NCBI GenBank assembly: GCA_043228905.1
Contig: JBHGNT010000011.1
Span: 806,001-870,000 of the forward strand
Reading direction: 5' to 3'
DNA from: Azolla caroliniana
Lineage: Eukaryota > Plantae > Polypodiophyta
Length of the DNA: 64,000 nucleotides
Shown here piece by piece: positions 61,101 to 64,000 of this stretch (position 1 is its first letter; the number at the start of each line of letters is the position of its first letter). Both the position numbers and the translations under genes were made by a program. The notes below the pieces were generated by a model. That model was not told the DNA's origin and searched no databases. It was given only the letters and a program-made list of their open reading frames with translations.

Positions 61101-63429
61101 GGAAGGTTATTTAAGTTAAAACATGAATGTGAAGCTTTATTTTATGTCAACGTATTGATGACATTTGTGTTCCAATACAGGGATTATTGACAAAATCAGT
61201 GAGGATGCAGCCCTTCTTACTGTGTTGGCTGAGTCAATCTCTCTTCTCGATATGATTGTGAATTCATTTGCATACATGGTCTCAAGCAAGGATATGGGGA
61301 ACTATTCTCGGCCAGAGTTTACAGGTCTCTGTACATGAAAGAGTCTTGGCTACTATAATCTTTATACATTTTGTTAATCTCTGATGTTCTATAAGGTTTT
61401 AATTTTCACTTCTTGTAATAGATGACGGACCACTGGCTATAGAAGCTGGAAGACATCCTGTTGTTGAAATTTTGTACCCTGAGCAATTTGTGGTAAAATA
61501 GACAGAACCATTTCATTGTATCGTTTTCAGCAAATGAGAGCTTGATTAGTTGTTTACCTACCAAACAAAGGAGTTATGATTTTCTTTTTACTGGACTGAT
61601 GGCTGATGTCGTGAAGTTTATTTCTACAGCCAAATAATCTGTTCCTTTCTGAGGCGTCCAACATGGTTCTTGTAACTGGTCCAAATATGTAAGACTTTGC
61701 TGCATGTTTCATTTAACTGGTGTGCAGTTCTGTTGCATCCAATTAGTATCAAAGTTTTTGTAATATATCACCTCTCTGGTATCAGGAGTGGAAAAAGCAC
61801 CTACCTGCGACAAGTTGCACTCATAACGATTTTGGCTCATATTGGTTCATTTATTCCAGCTCAATTTGCTTCTTTTCGAGTTGTAGATCACATCTTCACT
61901 CGCATAGGTTCTGGTGATAATCTTGAATTCAATTCCAGCACGGTAATAAACTTTTGTTTAATAACTCAATGAAAATGGACATGTTTTCAGCTACATTGCT
62001 TGTTTCCATGTATTTTATTTGTTGCTTGAGGATGATTGTAAATCCAGCCTAAATCATAATCATTGAATAAACATCATTTATACATCAATATAGGAATATG
62101 CTTGTTTTAAAATCAAGAGGACTTGGGCTTAAGTTGAGTATAGTGAAATGCATAACGATCCTTTGAGCTTGGTTAATCTACATAATGAGATATGAAGAGA
62201 TATAGGATTTTATAAGTATTTTCCTGGCCTATGAGGCTGATAACAAATATTGCACATTGTGTGTGCTGCACACAGTCATGTGAATTTACATAAAAATGTT
62301 ATAATTGATGTAGTTGCAATTGTAAACAAAGTTTATATCATCAGTTGACCACCTAGGCAATGATGCATCATCAGGAAGTGATATTTGCAAATTCATTTTT
62401 AATCCAACAAAATTGACAAATATTTTCAAGACAAAAAACTGAATGTTTTCTCAGACGGAAAATATATTATCGTACTGATTTACTTGATATATTATTGATT
62501 TATTTTATATAGTTCATGATGGAGATGAGAGAGACGGCTTTTATATTGGAAAATATAACACCTCGGTAAAATGTTTTTTGAGTTCAGAAGCTACCGAAAA
62601 CCAAAGTATGATCAAGATTGTTTACAATTGATGACCTTTTGCAGAAGCTTGGTTTTGCTAGATGAGCTTGGAAGAGCCACATCATCGGTGGATGGTTTGG
62701 CAATCGCCTGGAGCTGTTGTGAACACCTACTGTCTCTAAAAGCGTATGTAAGGATGTTTAATTAGCATCCTATCATCTGTATTTGAGAACACATTATAAC
62801 TGATATGCTTTTGAAAAATGTTAATTTTAATACAGATACACTATATTTGCAACCCACATGCAGAGGCTAATAGAGCTTCCCAGTATTTACCCTAATGTAA
62901 AAGTTTGTCATTTTCATGTTGACACAACACATAATCGGCTTGATTTCAAGGTAAAAAAAGGCACAAGGTAAAAAGGGCACAAGAGTTAAGGTAGGTTCCT
63001 GATCCTATTATCTAACCTCGAGAACTTGTAATTCCCAGTTTTCCTTGAAGGAAGGCCATGCAATTGTTCCTCATTATGGTCTACTGCTTTTGGAGGCTGC
63101 TGGATTCCCCTCTGAAGTTGTTGAACGTGCAAAGAAAATCGCCGAGAAATTGAATGAAAAGGTGGTCGTTTTTGCAAGTTAGGTTGTTATTATGGTTTTA
63201 ATAGAATACCTGTATTTGAAAAATTGAAATCAAGTTCTATTCTTTCTACCAGGAGGGTGTAAGGATGAACGATGGTTATTCTTCAAGCTTTCCTCTTAGA
63301 AAAGAATACCATGTTGCGCAGAGACTTTTATGCTTGAAATATGCAAATTTGAGTGAAGAAAGCCTTCGCAGCTACATTCAGAACCTCAAAGATGCTTATA
63401 CAGATGGAGAGCTGCCAGGGACAGCATGA
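52112..63429 (+). CDS. MSH4: Meiotic MutS homologue 4, ~24 exons
   Basis: Exon 1 52112-52192 ([12 protein letters not shown]), exon 2 from 53879 ([22 protein letters not shown]), then [38 protein letters not shown], Walker A VTGPNM|SGKSTYL (~61672-61806), Walker [13 protein letters not shown] (~62650-62685), TIFATH; stop TGA at 63427-63429. Confidence 0.96.
52854..53172 (+). repeat. Near-exact 161-bp-period tandem duplication in MSH4 intron 1
   Basis: TCAAATGATGATCCATG...GTTTGTAGATT starts at 52854 and at 53015. Confidence 0.92.
55840..56160 (+). repeat. AT-rich minisatellite, ~19-bp unit (AATAATTTAGAATTAAYRT), ~16 copies
   Basis: Degenerate tandem units visible directly; intronic in MSH4. 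Confidence 0.85.
56222..56770 (+). repeat. Diverged ~270-bp tandem duplication (MSH4 intron)
   Basis: TGCTTTGTAAAAGC...GCCCCTGTAGGGATG...TGGGAGAAAGTGACAT occurs at ~56228 and ~56497. Confidence 0.85.
59922..60814 (+). repeat. Diverged ~400-bp tandem duplication (MSH4 intron); second copy carries an insertion
   Basis: CTGTTGCCTGTACAATGCTAG...TTTAACATCCAAATAT at 59922-60326 and 60328-60814. Confidence 0.88.
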
Positions 63430-64000
63430 ACAATCTTCTCCTTCTCCATTCATGCAACAGTAAAATAAAGGTATCATTTTCACCATCTACTGTATAGAGT
63501 TAGAAAAAGAAGAAACTATTTGCCAGCCTGCCCAAGGGCTCTCCAACTATTATCATGAATTTGTGATCTCCAGCCGGCTTCTATTTAAACCTTGTTTTTG
63601 TGAATAAAGGCAATAAAAAGCAACCATAGATCCTTACTGCAGACAGATAGAACAATAATGTTGAGATATTATGGAATCATGGTTTTCTTGCCTTGTTTGA
63701 TGTAGCAATCTAGGTTTTAGTTGTGATACATACCATCCATCTGTTCTATGGTAGGCTTTTTAGAGTGGTTCCTCCCATGGCCAAATGAAAAAAAAGGTAA
63801 GATAACATCCACATTTGCCCAAGTTGAACATTTCATTATCGAACCATATATTTGCATTACTTGCAACTTTGCGAAATGTGTTTGGCAAAGTCATACGAAG
63901 GCAAACAAAGGAAATATTTCCTCGTCATGTTGATCAATATGATGATGAAGAATTGGCAACACTTTCTCACAATTTGAAGCGATGGAGCATGTTGTGGTCT

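Overview
Eukaryotic nuclear DNA from a land plant (intron-rich genes with organellar transit peptides; the repeat content suggests a fern or other non-seed plant, but this is inference). Six spliced host genes can be reconstructed: RPS17 (-), an organelle-targeted Dim1/KsgA rRNA dimethylase (-), an Sgpp-like HAD phosphatase (-), a plastid protein fusing a CBM48 carbohydrate-binding module to DUF2996/NdhV (-), chloroplast sensor kinase CSK (+) and MSH4 (+). A young, structurally complete non-chromovirus Ty3/gypsy LTR retrotransposon sits at 6514-16312 (418-bp LTRs with 4 differences, CACTT target-site duplication, gag-pol with one premature stop, extra 947-aa ORF). Its most unusual feature is that there is no polypurine tract next to the 3' LTR; that position is held by a second tRNA-Arg 3'-end match, so the element has a PBS-like site inside both LTRs, on opposite strands. 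The window also holds decayed LINEs, two solo LTRs nested in one LINE, a long hairpin, decayed exon duplicates in the first MSH4 intron and several tandem repeats. All coordinates and exon phases were read by eye; tRNA and protein comparisons are from memory.
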